The position numbers and the translations under genes were made by a program. 64,000 nucleotides of DNA from Naegleria gruberi (lineage: Eukaryota): assembly GCA_000004985.1 (NCBI GenBank), contig GG738848.1. One strand, written 5' to 3'. The notes under the pieces were generated by a model. That model saw only the letters and a list, made by a program, of their open reading frames with translations, searched no databases and had not been told where the DNA came from. Shown here piece by piece: positions 12,050-23,883 of the stretch (positions are counted from its first letter, which is position 1; each line of letters begins with the position of its first letter).

Positions 12050-12528
12050 AAGTCTAATAATTCTACGTCAAATATAATGGTTTTATCTCCTTTGAAAAGA
12101 CCTGGAAATCCTGTTGATCCATAGGCTACATCTGGTGTCATTCTTACTTTAGCTCTTTCTCCTAAACTCATCTTTATATTCCAATATTTGAAATGGAAAT
12201 TCAATAATCATCATCATCGTAATTAAATATATAAATATTAATTAATAATTGAAGGATTGAAAAACAAACCTGACCAACACCTTCATCCCATCCTTTAATT
12301 ACTTCTCCAACTCCTAATTTAAATTTGAATGGTTTTCCTCTCTTTCTACTACTATCAAATTCAACTCCTTCATCTGATCCATTATCTGAGGCAATCTAAA
12401 TTGTATTTTAATTCCACAACATTCATCCTTAAACTTACAAATCCTGTGTAGTGTACACTCACTGTTTGTCCTGGTTTTGGTACATTCTTTCCATCTCCCT
12501 TAACAATAATTTCCAAAGTAACACCCAT
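12043..12528 (-). CDS. FKBP12-type peptidyl-prolyl cis-trans isomerase (114 aa). Exons 12439..12528, 12270..12395, 12043..12171.
   Basis: Spliced translation '[30 protein letters not shown]|[42 protein letters not shown]|[42 protein letters not shown]' aligns with human FKBP12 ('[85 protein letters not shown]'). Donors GTAAGT and GTTTGT; exon lengths sum in frame. Confidence 0.85.
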
Positions 12529-12703
12529 TTTCTTATTCCGATTTAATCAATTGAACTATTTTTGACTTCAAGTACTACTATTATTCAATATTGAATGCAA
12601 ATGAATACAAAAAAAGGCTTTGATGTGTTTTTTTTTTGTAGTTATTTACAGTTTTTATGATGGGGATGATTATTTGAAAATGATTAAAATTTTGGAGGGA
12701 AAT

Positions 12704-13456
12704 TTATTCCTTCTTCTTTGCTTGAGAAGCGACACTATTAATCTTTTGTTGAATAGCTTCTTGATCACCCAAATAGTAATGTTTGATTGGTTTCAAATTT
12801 TCATCTAATTCATAAACCAAAGGAACACCAGTTGGAATATTCAATTCAACAATTTCTTCATTTGGAATGTTATCTAAATATTTAACCAAAGCACGAAGAG
12901 AATTACCATGAGCAGCAACGAGAACTTTCTTTCCTTCCTTAACAGATGGAGCAATAACATCATTCCAATATGGAATAACTCTATCAACAGTTAAAGCAAG
13001 TGATTCAGTCTTTGGTAATTCTTCTTCAGTCAATGATGAGTATTTTCTTTCATGTCCTGGATATCTTTCATCAGAAACTTCAAGTGCTGGTGGTGGAATA
13101 TCGTAGGATCTTCTCCAAACTTTAACTTGTTCTTCACCATGTTTTTCAGCTGTTTGAGCCTTGTTTAATCCTTGAAGAGCACCATAATGTCTTTCATTCA
13201 ATCTCCAACTCTTACTAACTGGTAAATACATCATATCCATAGTTTCCAATACAATCCACAATGTCTTGATGGCACGTTTTAATAAACTTGTATAACAAAC
13301 ATCAAATTGATAGCCTTCTTTGCTCAAAATTTGACCAGCTTCTACAGCTTCCTTCAATCCTGTTTCACTCAAACCACAATCATACCAACCAGTAAATCTA
13401 TTTTCCTTGTTCCATTCTGATTCACCGTGTCTAATTAATACAATTTTATAAACCAT
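12704..13456 (-). CDS. gpmA: 2,3-bisphosphoglycerate-dependent phosphoglycerate mutase, single exon, 250 aa.
   Basis: Catalytic signature '[18 protein letters not shown]' (RHGE, phospho-His), followed by '[15 protein letters not shown]' and '[18 protein letters not shown]'; full-length colinear with dPGM. Confidence 0.9.
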   Translation of the reverse strand: MVYKIVLIRHGESEWNKENRFTGWYDCGLSETGLKEAVEAGQILSKEGYQFDVCYTSLLKRAIKTLWIVLETMDMMYLPVSKSWRLNERHYGALQGLNKAQTAEKHGEEQVKVWRRSYDIPPPALEVSDERYPGHERKYSSLTEEELPKTESLALTVDRVIPYWNDVIAPSVKEGKKVLVAAHGNSLRALVKYLDNIPNEEIVELNIPTGVPLVYELDENLKPIKHYYLGDQEAIQQKINSVASQAKKKE

Positions 13457-13895
13457 TTTATAATGTGTTGTTGTGGGTATATCTAGTTGTTGTCTTGTTT
13501 TTTTTAATTGTGTTTGATCGGAACCGAAAAAGGTACTGTGGATAGGCTTGATTATTTGTTATTAGATAAATTTCCTTAGGCTGGATGGTATAGACTTGAG
13601 AGTAAGCTAGATAATTAATGGATAACAAAGTTAATCAAGTTGAATAATCCATTTAAAGATTTCTTTACAAATCAATATAATTTCTCATTTTAATATAAAT
13701 TGAAATCTTTTCAATCATTTTAAGCTCCAAAGGATTTAATTATTATTCAATAAAAAACTTTTTCAGCTGATTCATTGAATATATGATCACCACCAATATG
13801 AATTAACAACACTATGAATTCTCTCTTCCCGCCAATGATATCCTACAATATTTTCATCACCAGTAATAAATTTTTATTATTCAGCCTTTAAAAAA

Positions 13896-15392
13896 ATGTC
13901 ATCATCTAGTACAATGACTCCATCACCTCATCATCATCATTCTAGTAGTGGTGGTGGTATTGGTGGTGATAGTATTGATGATCATCATACTAATAATAAT
14001 AATAATAATAACAAATCAAATATTAATATTTTCTTCCAACAATTAACAAGTAAACAATCACTATTTTATATATCTATAATAGCAATATTATTTGAAATAT
14101 TATTTAATATAATAATAATTAAAAAAGTATCATATACAGAAATTGATTGGATTGCATATATGGAAGAAGTTAAAGGTTTTTTAAATGGAGATTGGGATTA
14201 TTCACATTTACATGGTCAAACAGGACCACTTGTATATCCTGCTTTATTTGTTTATATTTATTCTATTTTAAATATAATTACTTTAGATGGAAGTGTAATA
14301 ATTGGACAATATATTTTTGTATTAATTTATATTTTTATTTTTATTATAGTAATTACATTATATTTAAATTATAGTAAATTTAATAATAATAAATATATTT
14401 GGATAATAATAATGTTAATGTTAAGTAAAAGAATACATTCTATATTTGTATTAAGAATGTTTAATGATTGTATTGCAATGATGTTTCTATATTTAGCAAT
14501 ATTATGTTTTTGTAAAGATTATTATAAATTTGGATTATTTTTCTATAGTTGTGCATTAGGAATTAAAATGAATATTTTATTATTTTTACCAGCAGTTGGA
14601 ATTTTAATTGTTCAAAGATTTGGATTTACATTTAAATCAATTTTAAAATTAATTATTTTTATATTTGGATTACAAATATTATTTGCAATTCCATTTATTT
14701 ATGGAAATATGTTTGAATATTTTAATTATGCATTTGATTTTGGAAGAGAATTTACATTTAAATGGACTGTTAATTTTAGATTTTTAAATGAAGAATTTTT
14801 TAAATCAAAATTATTAGCAAAATTATTATTATTATTACATGTTTTATTTTTATTAATTTTTATTTTTACAAAATGGTGTAATGGTAAATTATTTAAAAAT
14901 CCATTTCATTTATTATTTAAATATAAAAATAACAAACCATTAGATACACAACATGTCATTTATTTAATGTTTACAAGTAATTTTATTGGTTTTATTTTTG
15001 CTAGAAGTTTACATTATCAATTCTATGTTTGGTATTTTCATACCATTCCATTCATGTTAATGTTCATTCCTTATTTTAAATTTAATTTTATTAGATTGGT
15101 TATTTTATTAGCAATTGAATATGTTTGGAATGTTTATCCATCCACTTCATTCTCATCTGCTCTTTTACATTTGTGTCATTTCATTATTTTATTAGGTTTA
15201 TTATTCACTCCATCACCTGCTTCTAAAATGAATGAAAATGGAACTATTATTAATCAAAATAATGATAATAATAATATTAATGATATGAACAATACAACAA
15301 CACCAACACCAACAACTATTAATCAAAGTAATATTGTTGATAATGTTAGTGTTTGTAACAATGATGATGATACAAAGAAGAAGAATAATTAA
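13896..15392 (+). CDS. alg3: ALG3-type dolichyl-P-Man:Man5GlcNAc2-PP-dolichol alpha-1,3-mannosyltransferase, multi-pass membrane protein with an Asn/Thr-rich C-terminal tail.
   Basis: 'TEIDWIAYMEEVKGFLNGDWDYSHLHGQTGPLVYPALFVYIYSIL' matches the conserved ALG3 N-terminal block (TEIDW..Y..GxTGPLVYPAGHV). The protein has ~10 hydrophobic helices, and the start sits in an A-rich context (aaaaaaATGTCA). Confidence 0.8.
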   Translation: MSSSSTMTPSPHHHHSSSGGGIGGDSIDDHHTNNNNNNNKSNINIFFQQLTSKQSLFYISIIAILFEILFNIIIIKKVSYTEIDWIAYMEEVKGFLNGDWDYSHLHGQTGPLVYPALFVYIYSILNIITLDGSVIIGQYIFVLIYIFIFIIVITLYLNYSKFNNNKYIWIIIMLMLSKRIHSIFVLRMFNDCIAMMFLYLAILCFCKDYYKFGLFFYSCALGIKMNILLFLPAVGILIVQRFGFTFKSILKLIIFIFGLQILFAIPFIYGNMFEYFNYAFDFGREFTFKWTVNFRFLNEEFFKSKLLAKLLLLLHVLFLLIFIFTKWCNGKLFKNPFHLLFKYKNNKPLDTQHVIYLMFTSNFIGFIFARSLHYQFYVWYFHTIPFMLMFIPYFKFNFIRLVILLAIEYVWNVYPSTSFSSALLHLCHFIILLGLLFTPSPASKMNENGTIINQNNDNNNINDMNNTTTPTPTTINQSNIVDNVSVCNNDDDTKKKNN

Positions 15393-15447
15393 AAATGAAT
15401 CCATTAATTAATATCATCAATATTGTGAGAGAAGAATAAATGATTTA

Positions 15448-16257
15448 TTAACCACCTTTTAATGCACAAACAATTTGAAAAATACAATTATTTTCAATTC
15501 CAATAATTTCACATAATCTTAGCGTATTTACATTAGATTGAGTTGGTATTATTCTTCCTTTTAAAACAATTCTTTGTTTTGGAATTGGAATTCCGAGTTG
15601 TTCATTAATTATTTGTTGTAAATCAAATAATGTACTCGATTCTATATCAACTTGACTGAATGAAATGGTTTGACCACTTAATCCTTTCACTTGAAAATTA
15701 ATTATACTATTCTTTCTATTCAATTCTTGATTTATAACTGTTGCACGTAAATATTCTACATGTTGTAAATGTTTTCTATATATATAAGAATCATGAATAT
15801 TAGATGATGATGATGGTGATAATATTTGATCATCTTCCATTATTGAATTATCTTGATGCATATTATTATTATTACTGTGTTGATTAATAGATAGATCAAA
15901 GCCTATCGTTGATTGTATGTACAAGGAGGAGGAGGGTTGTTGGTGATGAGTTTGGTGATAGAAGGGAGTGTCATGATGATGATGATGTTGATGATGTGGT
16001 GATGGTTGAATGGTGGTAGGAGTATTAGTAGTGATGGTAGTGACATTATGAGAAGTGTTATTATTGAATGAAAAAAGGCTTTGTGAAGGAGGATCAAATC
16101 TCTTCTTTTTTAAACTTGATTCATAATAATTTAAATGTACATGATCCGAATCATAAAAGATAGTTTGGTGATGTGGTAGAAAAGCCTGTAGGGAAAAATC
16201 AGGCTCACACAAATGATCATCTTCATATGAATATTCTTCATAGGTACGTTTACTCAT
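15448..16257 (-). CDS. Protein with C-terminal ubiquitin-like domain and His/Gln-rich N-terminal half; unknown function.
   Basis: First in-frame ATG (aaaaaaaATGAGTAAACG) at 16257; the listed ORF starts upstream at a non-ATG codon. C-terminus 'INFQVKGLSGQTISFSQVDIESSTLFDLQQIINEQLGIPIPKQRIVLKGRII' has the beta-grasp ubiquitin pattern (compare '[52 protein letters not shown]'). Confidence 0.5.
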   Translation of the reverse strand: MSKRTYEEYSYEDDHLCEPDFSLQAFLPHHQTIFYDSDHVHLNYYESSLKKKRFDPPSQSLFSFNNNTSHNVTTITTNTPTTIQPSPHHQHHHHHDTPFYHQTHHQQPSSSLYIQSTIGFDLSINQHSNNNNMHQDNSIMEDDQILSPSSSSNIHDSYIYRKHLQHVEYLRATVINQELNRKNSIINFQVKGLSGQTISFSQVDIESSTLFDLQQIINEQLGIPIPKQRIVLKGRIIPTQSNVNTLRLCEIIGIENNCIFQIVCALKGG

Positions 16258-17882
16258 TTTTTTTGATTTGTTTTCCAGCCTCACTTGGAATATTTTTGAA
16301 ACAAAATTTGTTACCTAAATTTTTGGCGCCAAACAAACTTTCTGGATTTTGTAATACTTTATGAATTTGAAAGAATAGTCTGCAAATAAGTAGATTGTTC
16401 CAGTTCCATTAAGGTATTTGGCTACACCCAATGAAAGGCACCACCAAAGCAACCATTTTCCAAACATCCAAAATCAAGAAATTGTAATATTTACAATGTG
16501 CAAAAATACTAATCAGGAATAATTTCACACATTGTAAATACAACATAGATACTATTATTAAATTAATTAATTGTAAAGACTTCATATTTCGAATTCAAGC
16601 TATTAGAAGGATAGTTAAGAAGAGTGGTCTGTTATTCCTTCGCTATTGGGTTACCGTATATTTATGCTTTGAGATAACCATCAAATCTTTTAATCTAACA
16701 AATACATCTCATTTAAATACAATACACAACTTTCACTGGTCACTTTGCGGGAAAGTTAAATAGCTTTGCAACCTACGAAACGCAGCAAATTTTATGTTCT
16801 AATATCCATACACAACAACATATGGTAACGATGCTTCATTTGTTGTCAAACAACTGAAACACTTAGAATTTATGAATCACTAACTACCATACAGAAGTGT
16901 ATATGTAAATTGAGATAACTACTTTGCACCATACAATAACTGATCATCATCTGTGGTTGTTCATTGATTACCACCGTTTGAGCAACAATCATATTTCCCA
17001 ACGGATGAGCCCAACTAAGATCAAGGATAACAACTTAGGCTAACCAAAAATACTTATAATATTATGTCTATTACGTAATTATACATACTGTAGATCAACA
17101 AACATATCTGAAAGCCCTTTCAATTGCGGTAACTGTTCAGTACTCTTTTCGTTTCACATTTTACGGATGTTTGTCTCAAGAATGGTCAATACATTGTTTA
17201 TTTTTATTTTTTTTACGTATAGTGCTCAAAGCGATTTTAGTTTTTACAGCATATAATATTTGATTGTTTCAACAGCAGATTTTGTTTCTAATTTAAGTAA
17301 TAAACTAAGGTCTCTATTTCTATTATCCAATTTGGTAACCAGTTCATAAAGTGGTCATGTTTTGCACGTTTTACACACATTTAAAGCAAGTTCGTAGTAC
17401 TTCATCTTAATAAAAGAATTGATTTCATGAAAAGTATCCTCAATTTCACCAGTTCACAAAATAATCACTCAAGTCAAAAACCATTTCAACCAATTCAACA
17501 ACCTTCACCTAGTTTGAAGACAGCAACTGGATAAACACTCCAAGAAAACATTTAAAATACTCTTTTTATTAATTCTGCTGGAAGATATTATTCAAATTAA
17601 TCATTAATTATTTTGTATTCCGCAAAAACTGATATTACTACTGGTACTTGCAGCTTGCTATTTGTTTTTATGTTTCAAGAAGGTGAGTTGGAACAAAAGT
17701 TGGACTGTAAGAGAGACGACAAAGGATCTTCAATTGTATTGATTGAGGAATGCAACAACAAAGGTACTTCTCTTTTAGATCCGTTTCCATGGCTAAATAT
17801 GTTCATGACAGTAAAAAAGCGCCGTCACACATTTATGCAATTTGAACCTTTTATCATGCATTTGAGCAATAAAAAAAAGAAA

Positions 17883-20800
17883 ATGGCAGTACGTTAGAGA
17901 TTCTTTAAGATTTTTTAATAGTAAAATTTATCTCTCATATTTTCTCATTGTTTTTGATTGTTATTAATTGTTATTGTTGTTACTGATTGTTTGTTATTAA
18001 AAAGACTTTGAATCAATTCACTATTGCTCATAGTAATAATAGTAGTACTAATAGTAGTACAAATACTGAAAATGATCCAACAAAGAATTGGCAAAGTACA
18101 ATTTTATTCTATGTGAACGGAGAACGTCATGAAATTACAAAACCAAATCCAAACACAACACTTGCAAATTATCTTCGTAAAAAGTTACATTTAACCGGTA
18201 CAAAGGGTATGTTGTTTTAATGTCGTTAAATTATATATTTAAATATATTTTAAATATATTTTAATAATAATAATAATAATACTAAATATTAAACAGTTGC
18301 TTGTGGTGAAGGTGGATGCGGAGCATGTACAGTTGTATGTATTATTCTTTAACAATATTTAATAATAACAATTTAATAATAATATTTAATATTTAATAAT
18401 ATTTAATAATATTTAATAATAGCTTGTATCACATTATGATCATTTAACAAATTTTGTAGTGAATAGAAGTGTTAATGCATGTTTATTTCCATTAATTCAA
18501 ATAGATGGATGTGCTATTGTAACAGTTGAAGGTATTGGTAATAATCATTCAGAAGATGTATTACATTTAATTCAACAACGTTTTAGAGAATTTGGTGCAT
18601 CACAATGTGGTTTTTGTACTCCTGGTTTTGTTATGGCTTTATATTCTTTATTGAGAAATAATCCTCATCCATCTCTTGAGGAAATTTCAAGAGCATTTGA
18701 TGGTAATTTATGTAGATGTACTGGTTATAGATCGTATGTATTATTATATTATTGTTGTTGTTTAATAATAATTATAATAATTATAATAATATTGATTGTT
18801 GTTTAAATGATGACTATGAAATGCATTACCTTAAATATGATACTATTTATGTATGATGATATGATACTATTTATATATGTGATGATATGATACTATTAAA
18901 TATGTTTGGTGATGGTGATTGAATATGATTAGCATTTTTGAGGCAGCTGCTACATTTGCACGTGTTCATGAAGATTCTGAATATCATCCAGCAAAAAGTG
19001 TTTGTAGTATGGGTGATAATTGTTGTAAAAAGACAGGTGAATCTTCTAATGATTGTGGTGGTGGTAATAGTAATAATAATACTAGTAATAATAATGGTTG
19101 TGGTAAGAATGATTGTTGTAAAAAATCACCAACACATGAAAATGATCAACATTCAAGAAGTAATGTAATTGGTAAACATTTATATAATCTAGTTGGACAA
19201 AAACATCCATTATTTCCACATGAATTGAGAAGATATAATCCAAATGAAAGATCACTTTGTGTTGAATCACCTGTACAATCAGGATCAGATAGACATGAAA
19301 CTAAAACTATTTATTATAGACCTTCTAATTTAAATGAATTTTTATATTTAAGAAAGAAATATGAACATGAAAAACATTTACGTATCATTTGTGGTAATAC
19401 TGAACTTGGTATTGAAACTAAATTTAAAAAATTTGATCATTATAGATATTATATTGAAGCTGTTAGAATTCCTGAATTACTTGTTAAAAAAGTTAATTAT
19501 ATTGATATTAATAATACTATTAATAATAACAATGATACTATTAATAACAATGATGATACTATTAATAACAATGATAATGATAATAATAATAGAATTGCTA
19601 AAAGTATTGAAATTGGAGCATCATTAACATTAACAAATTTATATAATTATTTAAAAAGTTTAATAGATGAATTACCAGAATATCAAATTCAAGGTATTAA
19701 AGCAGTATGTGAACAAATTGAAAGATTTGCATCAAATTCAGTTAGAAATGCAGCATCATTAGGTGGTAATATTGTAACTGCATCTCCTATTTCTGATTTA
19801 AATCCATTATGGTTAGCAATGGATTGTTCTTTAAATATTATGAATTCAAATGGTAATATTAGAATTGTACCTTTTAATCAATTCTTTTTAGGTTATAGAA
19901 AAGTTAATTTATTAGATGATGAAATTGTTATTTCAATTAATATTCCTTTATTTAATCATTTTAATACATTATCTTATAATAATATTAATAATATTGATAA
20001 TATTAATAATAATAATACTATTACTAATAATAACAATTTAATTGAAATAGTACATTCATATAAACAATCTAAAAGAAGAGAAGATGATATTGCTATAGTA
20101 ACATCAGGTATGAGAATGATTATAGATAAAAGTAATGGTATTATTAGAGAATGTAAAATATCATTTGGTGGAATGTCATTTAAAACATTATTAGCAGATG
20201 AAACAAGTAAATATTTAATTGGAAAGGAATTGAATGAACAAGTATTTTTACAATCATTAGAATTATTAAAACAAGATGTACCATTAAAAGAGAATGCACC
20301 TGGTGGTATGATTGAATATAGATGTTCATTAACATTATCATTTTTATATAAATTTTATATAAGTGTTTTAAAAGAATCAAAATTGAGAGAATTAACAATT
20401 GATGAAGAATCAGTATTAGAATCACAATTTATTAAACCCTATCCAAGAGGTGAACAAGTATATAGACCATTAAAAGAACAAGGTACAAGTGTAGGTAAAC
20501 CTATACCACATAATTATAGTCATTTACAAGTAACAGGTGAAGCAACCTATGTACAAGATATACCACCTCAATCAAGAGAAGCCTATGCATATCCTGTTTT
20601 ATCAACTAAACCATTTGCTATTATTAAAAAAGTAGATTATAATAGAGCATTAACATTTGAAGGTGTTATTACATGGGTTGATTATAAAGATGTTAAAGGT
20701 TCAAATAGATGTGGTGCTGTTATACATGATGAAGAAGAATTATTTTTAACAAGTGAAACTACTAGTTGTGGTCAATTAATTGGTTTTATTATTGCTGATT

Positions 20801-23495
20801 CTCATTTAAAAGCAATGACTGCTGCTAAATCTGTACATGTTGAATATGAAGAATATCAAAATCCTATTTTATCTATTCAAGATGCTTTACAATTTAATGC
20901 TCCTTCTTTAATTGATAGAAGAATATTTAGAGGTGATGCTATTAATAGATTAAATGAAATTAAACAATTAATTAATAATGATAATTCAAATAATAATAAT
21001 AATAATAATAACAATGATAATAATGATAACAATGATAATACTACTAGTGATAATTCTAATTCTAATAGTAATGAAGAATATGAAATAATTGAAGGTGATT
21101 TAAATATTGGAGGACAAGAACATTTTTATTTTGAAACACAATCATGTTTAATATTACCAGGTAGATATGGAATGTCAGGAGATGAAGGAGAATATGTTGT
21201 ATTTTCATCTACACAATCACCTACACATACTCAATCTATTGTTGCAAGTGCATTAGGTATACCAGATCATAAAGTTATTTCAAAATTAAAAAGATTAGGT
21301 GGTGGTTTTGGTGGTAAAGAAAGTAGAAGTTGTATTTTAGCAGGTATGTTTTTAATTTTTTAATTTTATTTTTAATTTTAATTTAATTTTAATTAAATTA
21401 TTAAATTATATTTAATTATAATAATATATTATTATTATATTTATAATTTAATATAGGAGCTGTTGCAGTTGCAGCACAAAAGACTAATAGACCAGTTAGA
21501 TGTATATTAGATAGAGATGTAGATATGCAATCATCTGGTCAAAGACATCCATTTTATTCTAAATATAAAATAGTAATTAATAAGAAGACATTAAAATTTG
21601 AAACAGTACTTGTTGATACATATGCAAATGGAGGATATTCATTAGATTATTCTAAAGGAGTATTAGAAAGAGCATTATATAGTTTTGATAATGTTTATTA
21701 TTTTCCACATATTGATTTGAAAGGTAAAGCTTTAAAAACTAATTTACCTACAAATACTGCTTTTAGAGGTTTTGGTGGTCCACAAGGTTTAATGATTTGT
21801 GAACATATTATTGAACATGTTTCACATTATTTATCTGTTAAATATCCAAATTTAATTAATCAATTCATTTTAAATCATTTAAATCAATATAATATTTTAA
21901 AGAATGTTATTTTACCTTCTATTCATTTGAATGATAATATTAATGATACAACTATTAATAATATTAATGATACTATTAATAATACAAATAATACAAATAA
22001 TATTAATAATAATACTATTAATATAAATACAAATAATAATAATAATATACAATTAAGTCATTTAATTAGACAAGTTAACATGTATGAAAAAGAGAATGCT
22101 ATAACACCATATAAAATGCCAATTGGTGATGTTCATAGAATTATATTAATGTGGGATAGAATTATTGAAATTACAAAATATCAAGAAAGATTACAACAAG
22201 TGAATGAATTTAATAGTAAAAATAAGTATCAAAAGAGAGGATTATCTTTAATTCCAACTAAATTTGCAATTTCATTTGGAGTTTCATTTTTAAATCAAGC
22301 AAGTGCATTAATTAATATATATAGTCATGATGGTAGTGTATATGTATCACATGCAGGTACAGAAATGGGACAAGGTGTTTCAATTAAAGTTGCACAATGT
22401 GTTGCTTCTTCATTAGGTATTCCAATTGAATTAATTCATATTGGTGAAACTTCAACTGATAAAGTACCAAATACATCTGCTACTGCTGCTTCTGTTGGTT
22501 CTGATTTAAATGGTTTTGCTGCAAAGAATGCATGTGAAAAAATTAATCAACAATTATCATCTTTAAAACAATCTTTATTTCCACATTTATTTAAGAAGAA
22601 TTATTCAAATGAATCTAATACTCAATCTAATGATAATACTCAATCTAATCAATCAAATCAATCAAATGATAATACTCAATCTAATCAATCAAATAATATT
22701 CAAACAAATCAAACAAATGGTGAAAATAATAATAATATAACAACACCTCAATTAAGTATTGAAGAATGGAAGAAATTAGTTAAAGAAGCCTATATGAAAT
22801 GTATACCATTAACAGCTACAGGATATTATAACACACCTAATTTATATATGGATTGGGATAAAAGTGAAGGTACACCATTTTCATATTTTACATATGGAGT
22901 AGCATGTAGTGAAGTACAAATTGATACATTAACTGGTGATTGGACATGTTTAAAAACAGATATTGTAATGGATGTAGGTGATAGTTTAAATCCTACTATT
23001 GATATTGGTCAAATTGAAGGAGCATTTATACAAGGAATGGGATATTATACAATGGAAGAATTAATATTTGGAGATAAAGAACATCCATGGGTACAACCAG
23101 GTCATTTATTTACTAAAGGACCAGGTAATTATAAAATACCATCTGGTAATGATATTCCAAATGAATTTAATGTACATTTATTAAGAGATGAACAAAATAG
23201 ACAATTTCCATCATCTGTATTTTCATCTAAGGGTGTTGGTGAACCTCCTTTATTCTTGGCTTCATCTGTTTTATTTGCTATTAGAAATGCTATTGCTGAT
23301 TTTAGATCTAGAAATTGTAATAATCCTTCTTATTTCATTTTAGATTCACCATGTACATGTGAAAGAATTAGAATGTTATGTGAAGATGATTTTACAAGAC
23401 ATTTTTATAATAAGAATATTAATGATATGGAAAATAATGAAAATAATAATGAACATGTTGAAAATGTTGCATTTAGAGCAAAGGGTAGTTTTTAA
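17883..23495 (+). CDS. xdh: Xanthine dehydrogenase/oxidase (2Fe-2S, FAD and molybdopterin domains). Proposed exons 17883..17888 (ATGGCA, tentative), 18005..18206, 18297..18338, 18460..18733, 18933..21343, 21457..23495.
   Basis: Conserved XDH blocks in order: 'ILFYVNGERHEI..TLANYLRKKLHLTGTK', 'VACGEGGCGACTVVL', 'NACLFPLIQIDGCAIVTVEGIG', 'GASQCGFCTPGFVMALYSLL', 'GNLCRCTGYR', FAD domain 'LRIICGNTELGIETKFK', Mo domain 'KRLGGGFGGKESRS' / 'NTAFRGFGGPQGLMI' / 'GTEMGQGV' / 'GVGEPPLFLASSV'. Splice junctions were derived from phase bookkeeping (donors GTATGT, GTATTA, GTATGT, GTATGT; acceptors all AG). There is no in-frame ATG upstream of the ferredoxin block in exon 2, hence the inferred 6-nt first exon. 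Confidence 0.85.
22610..22705 (+). repeat. In-frame tandem oligonucleotide repeats inside xanthine dehydrogenase, encoding 'NTQSNDNTQSNQSNQSNDNTQSNQSN'.
   Basis: 'aatactcaatctaatgataatactcaatctaatcaatcaaatcaatcaaatgataatactcaatctaatcaatcaaat'. A low-complexity insertion between conserved Mo-cofactor domain blocks. Confidence 0.8.
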
Positions 23496-23883
23496 AAGTA
23501 ATTGATTGATTGAAAATTTGAAAATAAATTTTTATCCCACACATGCCTCTATTTGTTCATATCATTCCACTTTGTGTTAATCTTGGAATTACTTTCACAT
23601 GCTCTAATACATTTAAAACCCAAATAAATTTGTAATTTTAATTCTTTCATTAAAAGATTCAGTCATGCCTTAAATGAACAATTCCAATAACACCGATTTA
23701 TTATTAAGATTAGAATCTCAACAATTAATCCTACAATGTTATAATGGAAGTAGTAACGATATGAGAGAAAATGTAACAATGAATGGGTAAAGAAATCAAA
23801 CGGACTTTTTAGTGTTACCAATCACCACTATTTATCATCCATTTAAGGATTCATTTTGAAACTAATTTAACACTTTAAAAAAA

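Noticed and set aside
17613-17897. 94-aa ORF in the long spacer upstream of xdh
   Set aside because: No A/T third-position bias like the real genes, no recognisable domain, and it ends right where the inferred xdh leader exon starts. Treated as non-coding.
18938-20425. ORFs 18938..19168, 19082..19270, 19361..19627, 20180..20425 (Ile/Leu/Val-rich)
   Set aside because: These are alternative frames or the antisense strand of xdh exon 5. Hydrophobic 'proteins' are the expected artefact of reading AT-rich sequence out of frame.
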